Shown here: one piece after another, positions 62,345 through 64,000 of the stretch
How the letters are laid out: the number at the start of each line of letters is the position of its first letter
Numbering within the stretch: position 1 is the stretch's first letter
NCBI RefSeq assembly: GCF_021869535.1
Contig: NW_026262723.1
Location: forward strand, 77,066,001 to 77,130,000
Direction of reading: 5' to 3'
DNA length: 64,000 nucleotides
DNA from: Mytilus californianus
Taxonomy: Eukaryota
Position numbers and translations under genes: made by a program
Notes under the pieces: generated by a model
What the model saw: the letters and a program-made list of their open reading frames with translations, nothing else
Database searches by the model: none
Told to the model about the DNA's origin: nothing

Positions 62345-63200
62345 TTTTTTGTCTTGCCTGCAAAGAAAGTCGCGGAAAGTGAGAAATAGGGATTGCTTTT
62401 CCGTCGACGGCTGCGGCGACGACGGCGTCAACAATTGTAAAGTTTTCTGCTTAAGTTAGTTTGATAGGAACTACTTGTGATAGATCATTGATACCTAATC
62501 TAAAGTTGCATTATTATCAGTACATATCAGTTTGACGACTATTTTTAAGCCTTGTCCCCTAGGTCATGGTCCAGTGACTTTGGATTAATTAGCAAATTTC
62601 AATGTTAAGTTTTCTGCTTAAGTTAGTTCGATAGGATCTACTTGTGAAAGATCAATGATATTTTGTAAGAAGTTGCATTACTTTAAGTACATATAAGTAC
62701 TTGGATGGAGAGTTGTCTCATTGGCACTCATACCACATCTTCTTATATCTATATATCAGTTTGACGACTATTTCGAGGCCCGGCCCCCTAGGTCATGGTC
62801 CAGCCACTTTCAATTAATAAGCATTTTTTAATGTTAAGCTTTCTGCTTAAGTCAGATTGATAGGAACTTCTTATGATAGATCAATGATATTTTGTATAAA
62901 GTTGCATTACTATCAGTACATATCAGTATGATGACTATTTTGAGGCCCTGCCCCCTTGGTTATGGACTTTGTATTAATTAGCAATTTTAAATGCTAAGTT
63001 TTCTGCTTAAGTTAGATTGATAGGAACTACTTGCAACGCTATTTTGTATGAAGTTACATTACTGTCTGTACATCTCAGTGTGTCGACCATTATCAGGCCC
63101 TGCCCACTAGATCATGGTCCAGCGACTGAATTGATAAGCAATGTTGCTGTGCATCAGATTGTCTTTTTTTAAATTTTATGCCGACAGTCGAGACATATCT
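62345..63200 (+). mobile_element. HINE-like element with degenerate repeats of about 170-190 bp, interrupted by a short dispersed-repeat insertion
   Basis: tttttgtcttgcctg..gagaaatagggatt..cgtcgacgg head (a similar head is at about 57470-57545); aagttttctgcttaagttag..tgataggaactacttg repeated four times; insertion at about 62697-62755. Confidence 0.65.
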
Positions 63201-63859
63201 CTGTGTCAACAGTATATTTATTATTTTGCTACGCATCTCACCTGTGGGTGATGTTCTTGTTGACCTAATTTGGCCCACTTATGACCCTTGGACAGAAAAC
63301 GCATGAAAATAACAATGTTCTTCTCCACTAAGAGAGTTCCATGAAGAGAATGAGGTTATTACAGGTGTACAATTACTAGTATGTAATGAGAAATCACCTA
63401 TCATTAATGGGTTGTAATTGTTGACCTTTTTGAAAAAAAAACATTCTGATTTACACTAATTAAGATCCAGTACAAATCAAAATTCCAATATCTACTGGTA
63501 AAAATTGGGATATCCAGATTTGTACTAGGAGGATCCTGGATTCAACTAGATATAAAAAGAAGATGTGGTATGATTGCCAATGAGACAACTCTCCACAAGA
63601 GACCGCATGTCACAGAAATTAACAACTATAGGTCGCCGTACGGCCTTCAATAATGAGCAAAGCCCATACCGCATAGTCAGCTATAAAAGGCCACGAAATG
63701 ACAAATGTAAAACTAACGGCCTAATCTGTGTACAAAATAATGAACAAAAAACAAATATGTTACACAGCAACAAACGACAACCACTGAATTACAGGCTCCT
63801 GACTTTGGACAGACACATACAGTATGTGGCGGGATTAAACTAGATGTTTACTCAAAAAG

Positions 63860-64000
63860 ACAAAATAAAAAGTAAAATAAAAAAAATACCGAACTCAGAG
63901 GAAACTTCAAAACGGAAAGTCCCTTATCAAATGGCAAAATCAAAAGCTCAAACACATCAAACGAATGAAAAACAACTGTCATATTCCTGATTTGGTACAG
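63860..64000 (+). repeat. Dispersed repeat family copy, truncated by the window end
   Basis: aaaaaataccgaactcagaggaaacttcaaaacggaaagtcccttatcaaatggcaaaatcaaaagctcaaacacatcaaacg, matching the reverse complement of 32870-33000. Confidence 0.75.

Overview
AT-rich eukaryotic genomic DNA; the repeat landscape suggests a bivalve mollusc, probably a Mytilus-type mussel (inference). Four protein-coding genes can be reconstructed by hand with in-phase GT-AG exons: (1) the last four exons of a myocardin-related transcription factor (MRTF, +, 1-2961); (2) a six-exon BDH1/retinol-dehydrogenase-like SDR (-, 11602-20062) whose catalytic YxxxK reads FCMTK; (3) a complete 12-exon CCZ1 (+, 22156-49038) lying head-to-head with the SDR; (4) an intronless testis-specific Ser/Thr kinase (+, 56123-57001). 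Introns and intergenic DNA are filled with Helentron/HINE-like elements carrying internal tandem arrays, TIR MITEs, LINE and SINE fragments and minisatellites. The standout is a young 2.6-kb insertion in an SDR intron (15249-17866, with a target-site duplication). It contains a head-to-tail array of a 753-bp unit with four minimal type I hammerhead ribozymes and a GC-rich cargo of unknown origin. It also carries a perfect 156-bp inverted copy that ends 1 nt from the predicted ribozyme cleavage site. This looks like a retrozyme or non-autonomous Penelope-like element copied from a self-cleaving, possibly circular RNA.
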